Of a stretch of 64,000 nucleotides of DNA, positions 48,957 to 57,119 are shown one piece after another. The DNA lies in NCBI GenBank assembly GCA_902476645.1, contig CABSEG010000002.1, forward strand, positions 4,632 through 68,631. The letters are read 5' to 3'. Origin of the DNA: an uncultured Lachnospiraceae bacterium (GTDB taxonomy: Bacteria > Bacillota > Clostridia > Lachnospirales > Lachnospiraceae). Below the pieces are notes generated by a model that saw only the letters and a program-made list of their open reading frames with translations, searched no databases and was not told the origin of the DNA. Every line of letters begins with the position of its first letter. Position 1 is the first letter of the stretch. Position numbers and translations under genes: made by a program.

Positions 48957-48978
48957 AGCAGTGCCCTGCGGCACTGCT
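48957..48978 (+). terminator. Hairpin between rmlB and rmlA whose U-tract lies on the plus (antisense) strand
   Basis: A 9-bp stem AGCAGTGCC/GGCACTGCT with a 4-nt loop. The plus strand continues GTGCTTTTTTATTTG, while the minus strand continues CCTTTGCG. Confidence 0.3.
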
Positions 48979-48986
48979 GTGCTTTT

Positions 48987-50069
48987 TTATTTGTTGTTGT
49001 ACATTTCTTCGTAATACTTCTGATAATCTCCGCTTGTCACCCGTTTCATCCAATCTTCATGCTCAAAGAACCAGCGAATGGTCCGTTTAATGCCGTCCTC
49101 AAACTTTGTCTCCGGATACCATCCCACCTCAGACTTGATCTTATCCGGTGCAATGGCATAACGCCTGTCATGTCCTTTGCGATCCTCTACATAGGTAATC
49201 AAATCCTCGCTGACCAAAGCTCTTCTGGGATCGCTCTCTGGCAGCATCTCTTTTAACGTATCCAAAATAATATGGATAATCTCAATATTCTGTTTTTCAT
49301 TATGGCCGCCAATGTTGTAAGTTTCAAACAGCCTTCCTTTCTCCTGCACCATATCAATGCCCTTGGCGTGGTCTTCCACATACAGCCAGTCTCTGACATT
49401 CTTCCCGTCTCCATATACCGGCAGCTTCTTTCCCTGTAAAGCATTGTTGATAATCAGGGGAATCAGTTTTTCCGGAAACTGATAGGGCCCGTAATTGTTG
49501 CTGCAGTTGGTGATATTGGCCGGGAAACGATAAGTATCCATATAAGCCTTCACCAGCATATCTGAGGATGCCTTGCTGGCCGAATAGGGACTGTGGGGAT
49601 CATAGGGCGTAGTCTCATAAAAAAACTCGTCCGGGTTTTCCAAAGAGCCGTACACCTCATCCGTGGATACGTGAAGAAACTTCTTTCCCTCTTGAAAGCT
49701 TCCGTCCGGGAGCTCCCAGGCCGCCTTGGCTGCATTCAGCATATTCAGGGTTCCCAACACGTTGGTCTTAACAAACACGTCCGGGTTCTTAATGCTGCGA
49801 TCCACATGGCTTTCTGCTGCGAAGTGTACCACGCGGTCAATGTCATTTTCTTCAAAAATCTTCATCATAGCATCTGCGTCGCAGATATTAGACTTAATGA
49901 AGGTATAATTGTCCCTGTTTTCAATGTCCTTTAAGTTCTCCAGATTGCCCGCATACGTCAGACAATCCACGTTGATAATACGGATTTCATTGTCATATTT
50001 GCGAAACATGTAATGAATATAGTTGGAACCAATAAAACCGGCTCCACCTGTCACTAGGTAAGTTCTCAT
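48987..50069 (-). CDS. rmlB: dTDP-glucose 4,6-dehydratase
   Basis: 360 aa, beginning MRTYLVTGGAGFIGSNY, with a YSASK catalytic motif. The RBS is GGGAGGAAAGG. Confidence 0.95.
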   Translation of the reverse strand: MRTYLVTGGAGFIGSNYIHYMFRKYDNEIRIINVDCLTYAGNLENLKDIENRDNYTFIKSNICDADAMMKIFEENDIDRVVHFAAESHVDRSIKNPDVFVKTNVLGTLNMLNAAKAAWELPDGSFQEGKKFLHVSTDEVYGSLENPDEFFYETTPYDPHSPYSASKASSDMLVKAYMDTYRFPANITNCSNNYGPYQFPEKLIPLIINNALQGKKLPVYGDGKNVRDWLYVEDHAKGIDMVQEKGRLFETYNIGGHNEKQNIEIIHIILDTLKEMLPESDPRRALVSEDLITYVEDRKGHDRRYAIAPDKIKSEVGWYPETKFEDGIKRTIRWFFEHEDWMKRVTSGDYQKYYEEMYNNK

Positions 50070-50108
50070 TTCCTTTCCTCCCGATGATATTTTCGCATAC
50101 TTTTACTG

Positions 50109-50137
50109 ATTATATCATTATTCCCACACAGCCGCAA
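50109..50137 (-). promoter_or_regulatory. Sigma-70-type promoter (extended -10) for the rml / wall-polysaccharide operon
   Basis: The minus strand reads TTGCGG, 17 nt, TATAAT, with TGa upstream of the -10. It sits about 35 nt upstream of the rmlB ATG. Confidence 0.45.
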
Positions 50138-50222
50138 GATATTTACGTGGAAACCAGGAAATCTTTACAAATCTCCTTAGAGACCAATGATCCGACGCCT
50201 TTCTTTATGAATTTTGTTTGAG

Positions 50223-50246
50223 TCCGGTTCTGTTTCCGGTTCTGTT
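50223..50246. repeat. Perfect tandem 12-bp direct repeat (TCCGGTTCTGTT x2) in the divergent promoter region
   Basis: Read directly: 50223-50234 is identical to 50235-50246. Confidence 0.8.
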
Positions 50247-50276
50247 TTACCATATTGCTAAATTTCCAAGTATTTC

Positions 50277-50305
50277 ATGACTTTTTATAGTATTTGTGTT
50301 ATAAT
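50277..50305 (+). promoter_or_regulatory. Sigma-70-type promoter (extended -10) for the nucleotidyltransferase and peptidase genes
   Basis: ATGACT, 17 nt, TATAAT, with TGt upstream of the -10. Confidence 0.45.
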
Positions 50306-50338
50306 GATTTTATATCAAGTTAGGAGGAAATAGCATTT

Positions 50339-51256
50339 ATGAAAGAGACAACTCTTGTCATTATGGCTGCCGGAATCGGAAGCCGGTTCGGGGGTGGAAT
50401 TAAACAATTGGCCCCCGTTGGTCCAAATGGAGAGATCATTATGGACTATTCCATATATGACGCATTAGAAGCCGGTTTCAACCATATTGTCTTTATTATC
50501 CGCAGTGAACTGGAGCACGATTTTAAAGAAGTCATCGGAAACCGAATCGAAAAGGTGGTTTCTGTAAGCTATGCCTATCAGGAACTAGATAAGCTTCCGG
50601 CAGGCTTTCAGAAACCGGAAGGACGCACAAAGCCATGGGGAACCGGACATGCCATTCTCTGCTGCAAGGATGTGGTTCACACACCCTTTGCCGTCATCAA
50701 CGCAGATGACTACTATGGAAAAGAAGGTTTCAAAAAAATTCATGATTACTTAGTGGAGGAGCGTTCCTCAGAAGATCCCGCCAGGTTTTGTATGGCCGGC
50801 TTTATTCTGGGCAATACCTTAAGTGAAAACGGAAGCGTGACAAGAGGTGTCTGCCAGGTGGATACAGCAGGGAATCTGGCTTCTGTGAAGGAAACCTCCA
50901 ATATTATCAAAACCTCTGGCGGAGCCGCCATTGCCGGGGCTGACGGAGCCACGGTTCCCATTGATGCAAACAGTCATGTTTCTATGAATATGTGGGGTTT
51001 TACCCCGGTCATCCTGGATAAACTGGAAAAAGGATTTGAGTTATTTCTCTCCTCCCTGGAGCCGGAAGACCTAAAAAGCGAGTACCTGCTGCCTACTGTG
51101 GTGGATCAGATGATTCATGAGGGGGCTGCGCAGGTAAAGGTTCTGGAAAGCCATGACAAATGGTTCGGTGTTACGTACAAAGAGGATAAGGAATTTGTAG
51201 TTCAATCCATCCGCCGCCTGGTGGAAACCGGCGTTTACCCAAAAACCTTGTTTTAG
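50339..51256 (+). CDS. Sugar-phosphate nucleotidyltransferase family protein
   Basis: 305 aa. The N-terminal NTP-transferase signature is VIMAAGIGSRFGGGIKQ. The RBS is TAGGAGGAAA. The substrate cannot be determined from sequence. Confidence 0.75.
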   Translation: MKETTLVIMAAGIGSRFGGGIKQLAPVGPNGEIIMDYSIYDALEAGFNHIVFIIRSELEHDFKEVIGNRIEKVVSVSYAYQELDKLPAGFQKPEGRTKPWGTGHAILCCKDVVHTPFAVINADDYYGKEGFKKIHDYLVEERSSEDPARFCMAGFILGNTLSENGSVTRGVCQVDTAGNLASVKETSNIIKTSGGAAIAGADGATVPIDANSHVSMNMWGFTPVILDKLEKGFELFLSSLEPEDLKSEYLLPTVVDQMIHEGAAQVKVLESHDKWFGVTYKEDKEFVVQSIRRLVETGVYPKTLF

Positions 51257-51278
51257 TTACGGAAAGAGGCGCTATTTT

Positions 51279-53414
51279 ATGATTAACCGCATCGCTGATG
51301 CATTTTTTTCCGGCTTCTTTTGGCCCTTCTCCCCAAATAGGAGAAGGGCCGGAAGGGCTTTTGTTTTTCTCCTGATTCTGCTTGGGGCTTTCTGTCTGTC
51401 TCTTGGCAGACCGGAAACAGTTGGGGCTGCAAAAAACCAACTCACAGTCCCTCCCCTGACCAAGCTTCTTAGGATTCCTGACTATCAGGAGGTACCAGAG
51501 ACTTCTCTTCTCTCCAAGGCAAGTGCTCTTCCCTCCTCCTATGATTCCAGAGACTATGGTTATATTACTCCCGTTAAAAATCAGGAGCCCTTTGGGACTT
51601 GCTGGGCCTTTGCTGCTCTGTCCGCAGGGGAGGCTTCTATGATCCGAAAGGGAATTGCAGACGAGTCCATTGATTTATCAGAGTTGCACTTTGCTTATTT
51701 CTTTTATAATACCGTCGTGGACCCCCTGAAGAACACCAAAGGGGATAAGGTGGTAAATCAGACCGGGCAGCTCTATATGGACGCCGGCGGCAATAATCTT
51801 TTTACCATGTTTGCCCTTGCGAAATGGACCGGACCTGCTCTGGAGAAAAAAGTTCCCTACCAGAATACGGCAACCCTTTCCTTAAAGAAAAAACTGGCCT
51901 ATCAAGATGCGGCCCATCTTCAGAATGCCCGGTTTGTCAACAGTAAGGACCGGAAAAGTGTAAAAAATCTCATTATGCAGTACGGTGCCGTCTCCTCGGC
52001 CATGTATTATCAGGGAGACTATTTAAATGAAGAGACCGGTGCGTACAACAGTCCGGAGGCCGAGTATAGCTACTACATTAATAACCACATTGTCACTCTG
52101 GTCGGATGGGACGATGATTACCCAAAAGAAAATTTCAATATTCAGCCCTCCGAGGATGGGGCCTGGATTGCCAAAAACAGTTATGGAACTGACGAGGGAG
52201 ATGAGGGATACCTTTATATCTCCTACGAAGATGCCGTTTTGGGAGGCCGAAACTCCAGGGATGCTCTCTCCTATGCTTTTGATCTGGAATCCGCAGATAA
52301 CTATGACCACAACTACCAATACGACGGCTCCTGCAGCATTGAAACCTTAAAGATCAGCTCTGGAGGTTCCCTCTCCAATGTTTATACCGTAAAGGGGAAT
52401 CCCGGGGGCAACGAACGGCTGGAGGCGGTTTCTTTTGCCCTTGTGACCCAGAATGTCAACTACAGCATTCAGATTTATAAGGATCCAAAAGCAGGTTCTC
52501 CTACCAGCGGCTCCCCTGTTTTTTCCTCTCCCCAGACTGGTCGTACCACTTACAGCGGTTATTATACGATTCCTCTGGCAAATCAGCCTGTGTTTGAGCA
52601 GGGCGATACCTTTGCGGTTGTGATTACGTTGCGTTCGGCAAACGGGGGCAGAATCGAAAGCTTTATTGATCTAGACTCCACAGTAAACCAGATCAAATTC
52701 GTATCCAACTCGAAAAATAACCAGAGCTTCGTACGTGCCGGCTCAGATAGCGCCTGGGAAGACTTGAATGTATTTTGCGAAAGTGCCACTGCACGGATTA
52801 AGGCCTTTACCACAGATACCAGCGATGAGCCTACGAAAATTGATATCATATCCTCTGACCTTACAAAGCCTAAATTCCGTTCCTTAAAAGCGGTTTCCTG
52901 TACCAAATCGAAAATCACATGGAACGCCAGTGAAAATGCCTCAGGATATGAACTCTACCGCAGCACAGACAAAAACGGTTCTTATCAACGAATTGCCAAG
53001 GTCAAATCCTGCTCCTATACAGATCGTCAGAGACTTCCCGGTGAGACTTACTACTACAAAGTTCGGGCTTATGGAAAAGGAGAAGAAGGAACGGTATACA
53101 GCTACTTCTCCGCTACAAAATCCCTTCGGATGAGACCCGGAAAACCCGTGATTATTTCCGCCAAGTCGAAAGGCCGCCACAAAATCCGATTAACCTGGAA
53201 AAAAGTGGGCGGGATCCACGGTTATGGAATCTATCGCAGTAATAAAAAGACCTACGGATTTGAGCTGGTTGCGCGAGTTGGAAAGGGCACCACTCAGTAC
53301 ACGGACAAAACGCCCAAAAACAGAACTTATTACTATCGAATCCGCGCTTATCGGAATGTGAAAGGAAAACGCCTAAACGGTCCCTTATCCGCAACTTTCC
53401 GGTCATCCAAATAA
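51279..53414 (+). CDS. Secreted papain-like (C1 family) cysteine peptidase with two C-terminal FN3-like repeats
   Basis: 711 aa with a signal/TM segment (AFVFLLILLGAFCLSLG). The catalytic Cys is in NQEPFGTCWAFAA, the His in NHIVTLVGWDDDY and the Asn in WIAKNSYG. Two repeats read ...GYELYRS...YYYKVRAY and ...GYGIYRS...YYYRIRAY. Confidence 0.85.
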   Translation: MINRIADAFFSGFFWPFSPNRRRAGRAFVFLLILLGAFCLSLGRPETVGAAKNQLTVPPLTKLLRIPDYQEVPETSLLSKASALPSSYDSRDYGYITPVKNQEPFGTCWAFAALSAGEASMIRKGIADESIDLSELHFAYFFYNTVVDPLKNTKGDKVVNQTGQLYMDAGGNNLFTMFALAKWTGPALEKKVPYQNTATLSLKKKLAYQDAAHLQNARFVNSKDRKSVKNLIMQYGAVSSAMYYQGDYLNEETGAYNSPEAEYSYYINNHIVTLVGWDDDYPKENFNIQPSEDGAWIAKNSYGTDEGDEGYLYISYEDAVLGGRNSRDALSYAFDLESADNYDHNYQYDGSCSIETLKISSGGSLSNVYTVKGNPGGNERLEAVSFALVTQNVNYSIQIYKDPKAGSPTSGSPVFSSPQTGRTTYSGYYTIPLANQPVFEQGDTFAVVITLRSANGGRIESFIDLDSTVNQIKFVSNSKNNQSFVRAGSDSAWEDLNVFCESATARIKAFTTDTSDEPTKIDIISSDLTKPKFRSLKAVSCTKSKITWNASENASGYELYRSTDKNGSYQRIAKVKSCSYTDRQRLPGETYYYKVRAYGKGEEGTVYSYFSATKSLRMRPGKPVIISAKSKGRHKIRLTWKKVGGIHGYGIYRSNKKTYGFELVARVGKGTTQYTDKTPKNRTYYYRIRAYRNVKGKRLNGPLSATFRSSK

Positions 53415-53421
53415 ATATAAG

Positions 53422-53462
53422 AGCTCCCGGAAGATTTTTCTTGATCTTCCGGGAGCTTTTTG
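53422..53462. terminator. Bidirectional intrinsic terminator between convergent genes
   Basis: A 14-bp stem AGCTCCCGGAAGAT/ATCTTCCGGGAGCT. It is followed by TTTTT on the plus strand and preceded by A-rich sequence. Confidence 0.7.
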
Positions 53463-53477
53463 TGGCAGGATACTTCT

Positions 53478-56400
53478 TTACTTTTTCAGTTTCATAGTCT
53501 TTTGAAATCCTGTCTTTGCCCGAAACAACTTTTTATATGCCTTATATTTGGCCTTTGGTACCTTGATTACCGCCTTTTTATGGATTCCTTTTATCGCCTG
53601 TTTTCCCACTGCTTTCAATGTCTTGGTTTTTATGGTTATCTTCCTGATCCTGCCGCATCCTTGAAAGGCTTTCTTCCCTATACTTGTCACTTTACAGGTT
53701 ACTTCATTGATGCGCACCGTTGCCGGTATTGTAATGGTTTTCTTCTTCTTGGCGGAAACGCCAATCACTGCCACCTCTGCCTTCTTACTGCTTCCGGCTT
53801 TCGTAACCTTATAGATCACCCCTCCAATGGTTTTCTTTTTATTCTTTTTTACCGTCTTTGCCTTGTCTTGGGATACTTTCCCGGCATCTATCTGTCCGTC
53901 AGACTGATCCGGTTGCTTTCCAGGCGCTTTATCCGGCTTTCCTTCTTCCGGCGACGGAAGCTTTGCGATTTCTTCCGTATACTGCGCGCCACAGATACGA
54001 CACGTATACGTACGAATACCTGGTTCATAGACCGTTGGCTGCTTTGTCACCTCGGAAACATATTGATGGTTTTCGTGGGGTCTTCTGGTAATGGAAATGT
54101 TTAGGGAGGAAACCTGATAATTCTCTGTATCCCGGTAGACTGCCCTCACTTGTATGGTCTTTCCAACCTCCAATTTTCCATCTGTTCCCTTCAGATCCCA
54201 GGACCACCCCTCCGGCAATATGATTTGGCCAACCTGCGTCACGTCATATCCCACTGAGAGGACACTTTGCGGCATGTTAGGCGCTGTGGGAGCCGGTTCC
54301 ACCTGAATGGAAATCTTCCCTGGGCATATCTCATAAATTGTCGTATCTGATGGGATAAAAATCCATTCAGCAAACTCCGTGCCAACTGCCGGAACAGTTT
54401 CCGGGGCTTTCCATGTGAGGATACCCTCTACCTCAGTCCCTCTGCTGTCCACAAACACCGCACTTGCTGCAAAGGACAGCTCTGACAACTTTTGTCCGTA
54501 TGTAAGAGCAGGACTTCCTTCTATCGTCACATCGGTTCCTTCCTTCAGGTGAACCGTTTCTTTCTCTGAGAGAATAATATGCACATTCACTTCCAGGTTC
54601 TCGTAATTGGAAGAAGAGACCACGACGTGAATCCAGGCTTCCTCTCCGGCGTTTCCTGTATCCTTGACCTGATAGGTAAGAAGGCCATCCTGCCCTATCG
54701 ATACCTGTTCCAGAATTCCATAAGGATCCTGTATTTCTTTCTGACAAGATATGTCCTGAATCATCCAGGGCAGATACCCATAAAGATCAATCTGATCGCT
54801 GTCTGTCCCCGTCGTATAGTGATAGGTCTTTGTGATTTCATCCATCTGTACGGCCGGAAGTTTCCGCACCTGATATCCCTCCAGAATCTGTTCCGCTGTC
54901 TGGCCCTCACCGTCCTTAACCTCTACTTTCAATGACACCTTGCCCGCCGTCTCCGGAATCCACTGGCAGGTGTCGGAGATTCCGTACTCCTGAAGCACGG
55001 TAACTCTCTGAGATTCATCCAGCATGGAAAACCGATACTGATAGTTTCCGGTGCCTCCCACTGCCTGGGCTTTTAACATCACGCCGGAACTCACATATTG
55101 TTGGTCTGCCGGAGAAACTTCGAAAGAAGATACTGCCAATGGCACCTTTTCCTCTACCGTAAGAGAATAGCTCATGGACAGCTCCGGATTGAACTTGGGA
55201 TGAACCGTCAGAGTAACGCTGCCCTCCTGATTCATAGTCAGATAACCCATTTTCGAACTGGTACTCGTCACAGAGACGATCTGCGGATTGGAGCTGATCA
55301 CCTCCATCTCCGCGTCTGCTCCACTGGGAGTATGTTGTATCCAATAATAAATCTTCTCCCCCACCTCTTTTGTTCTGGGAAAGGAACTGTGATACTTTCC
55401 ATTTCCTCCTGTTTCATTCCACAAACAAGTAATGGAAGTTGCCACAGCTACTTTCTTTTGATCGCCGCATTTTGTGCAGACCAGATTTGCATATCCATCC
55501 ACAACGCCTTGGTTCTTATATTGATGTCCATTCTCACGAACCGTAAAACTTGCCTGCTCCAATGCATTCAGGGGAATCTCATAGAAAACTACCGTTCCAT
55601 CCTTCCAGGTATACCAGATTACCTTCTGATTTACAAGGATGGGAACACAATCGGAAAGGCCTCCCGCATAGCTGTAAGTCTTGGTGGTCTGTCTGCCCTG
55701 ACCGTCTACGATCGTGTAATAAACACTACCATTTCTGGACCACAGCACCATAAATTCCTGATCGGATACCTTGACCATCTGCGGAGTGGAAGTGGTTCCA
55801 TCTCCCTCACCGTATGCAGTGAGCCAATTCACAGTCACTTCTGAGGTGGACTTATCCACAGCTGCCACAAATACATTTCTGGTAGATCTGGTCAAATTGC
55901 TTTCGTCCTGAACCACTGAGTGACCTGCCACCAGATAAGACGTATCTGAGAGTTCAAATCCCCCTACGGCAGCCCCTGTTGTATTGTTTCCGCTTGCTCC
56001 CGGAAACGAAAGCACCGGCACCAGTTCGCAACCATTCGTATATCCAGGGACAAATTTCCCTGTGGAGACATCTGTCTGGTACTTTAGCAAAGCCAGCGAA
56101 CGGGGATTGGCATCTCCATGATCCAGTGACACAATTCTGTTGTCCTCCACTTTAATAAACTGGTTAAAAGAGTGGCTCACATAACCATAGCGGTCATTCA
56201 TAATCTTTGTATAAGAATCCGTAATGGTCATAGATTCCATATCCAGCTGGATAGTTACATTCGCCTGATGATTGTAGCCATCTGTTGTTTTATACATCTC
56301 ATGGCTGGTTCGTATCAACAGATATTTTCCCGCGTCTTCCATGCGCAGGGATCCTGCCTCAAAAGGCACCGTGGTATTACAGTCATACAAGCCGGCGGAA

Positions 56401-56825
56401 CCAAGCCGATTCCATTGCTTGTCATACTTGGTAATCCGAAATACTTCCACATCCGCGGATTCTTCTGGATTTTCCTGACCAGTCACCAGGAAATAGTAGG
56501 AACCGGTCTCATAAAAACCGCCAAAAAGTGGCAACTCTTCTGGCAAAAAGCGGCTTCTGGATGAGTCCAAATTAAACTTTTCATCATAATATTCCACTAG
56601 CACCTTTTTTTCACTGCTGACATATTGCACACGCATGAAAGTCCCATCGCCGCAGGATGACAGATAAGACTTTATGGTAGAAGACCATCTGTCATAATTT
56701 TGCCCTTCCACATTGCTCCCTCTGTAAGTTGCGCAGGCGGTTTGCGCTGCTGTCACAGGTATCCCGCCAATCAGACAGCAAACTGAAAGAATCATTGCAA
56801 TATACTTTTTTATCCGCATCTTCAT
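53478..56825 (-). CDS. Large secreted cell-surface protein: uncharacterised N-terminal domain, Ig-like (Big_2-type) domains and a Lys-rich BspA-type LRR tail
   Basis: 1115 aa with signal peptide MKMRIKKYIAMILSVCCLIGGIPVTAAQ. A Big_2-like segment reads VISSNPQIVSVTSTSSKMGYLTMNQEGSVTLTV. The C-terminus reads TIPATVRINEVTCKVTSIGKKAFQGCGRIRKITIK. Confidence 0.8.
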   Translation of the reverse strand: MKMRIKKYIAMILSVCCLIGGIPVTAAQTACATYRGSNVEGQNYDRWSSTIKSYLSSCGDGTFMRVQYVSSEKKVLVEYYDEKFNLDSSRSRFLPEELPLFGGFYETGSYYFLVTGQENPEESADVEVFRITKYDKQWNRLGSAGLYDCNTTVPFEAGSLRMEDAGKYLLIRTSHEMYKTTDGYNHQANVTIQLDMESMTITDSYTKIMNDRYGYVSHSFNQFIKVEDNRIVSLDHGDANPRSLALLKYQTDVSTGKFVPGYTNGCELVPVLSFPGASGNNTTGAAVGGFELSDTSYLVAGHSVVQDESNLTRSTRNVFVAAVDKSTSEVTVNWLTAYGEGDGTTSTPQMVKVSDQEFMVLWSRNGSVYYTIVDGQGRQTTKTYSYAGGLSDCVPILVNQKVIWYTWKDGTVVFYEIPLNALEQASFTVRENGHQYKNQGVVDGYANLVCTKCGDQKKVAVATSITCLWNETGGNGKYHSSFPRTKEVGEKIYYWIQHTPSGADAEMEVISSNPQIVSVTSTSSKMGYLTMNQEGSVTLTVHPKFNPELSMSYSLTVEEKVPLAVSSFEVSPADQQYVSSGVMLKAQAVGGTGNYQYRFSMLDESQRVTVLQEYGISDTCQWIPETAGKVSLKVEVKDGEGQTAEQILEGYQVRKLPAVQMDEITKTYHYTTGTDSDQIDLYGYLPWMIQDISCQKEIQDPYGILEQVSIGQDGLLTYQVKDTGNAGEEAWIHVVVSSSNYENLEVNVHIILSEKETVHLKEGTDVTIEGSPALTYGQKLSELSFAASAVFVDSRGTEVEGILTWKAPETVPAVGTEFAEWIFIPSDTTIYEICPGKISIQVEPAPTAPNMPQSVLSVGYDVTQVGQIILPEGWSWDLKGTDGKLEVGKTIQVRAVYRDTENYQVSSLNISITRRPHENHQYVSEVTKQPTVYEPGIRTYTCRICGAQYTEEIAKLPSPEEGKPDKAPGKQPDQSDGQIDAGKVSQDKAKTVKKNKKKTIGGVIYKVTKAGSSKKAEVAVIGVSAKKKKTITIPATVRINEVTCKVTSIGKKAFQGCGRIRKITIKTKTLKAVGKQAIKGIHKKAVIKVPKAKYKAYKKLFRAKTGFQKTMKLKK

Positions 56826-57031
56826 GTCGCTTCCTCACTTTTAACGTAATTGTTTTCTCTAGAATTTGTATTTTTTGATTTTCATCCTCTTCCGGTATCC
56901 TGTTGGCCCATAACAAAAGTTACGGCTATCGCCCTATCTCATTTTTTTCTCCTCCCTTCGGTCCTTAATATTCTCTTTTCTCTATCATAAACAATCTCGT
57001 CATTTCTTACAAGTCGAATTCTTCTTTTTCA

Positions 57032-57060
57032 TTGAATATCGTCAAAATTTTTGCTAAAAT
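57032..57060 (+). promoter_or_regulatory. Sigma-70-type promoter for pduL
   Basis: TTGAAT, 17 nt, TAAAAT, about 60 nt upstream of the ATG at 57120. Confidence 0.45.
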
Positions 57061-57119
57061 ATAAATATTATATTTCATTATGTAGAACATCAGGATGTTT
57101 TACCAAGGGGGAAGTATCC

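Noticed and set aside
56692-56916. A 74-aa minus-strand ORF overlapping the start of the 1115-aa surface-protein gene
   Set aside because: It is in a different frame over the signal-peptide region, has no RBS and has implausible composition. The 53478..56825 ORF has a GAGGAAG RBS and a proper signal peptide.
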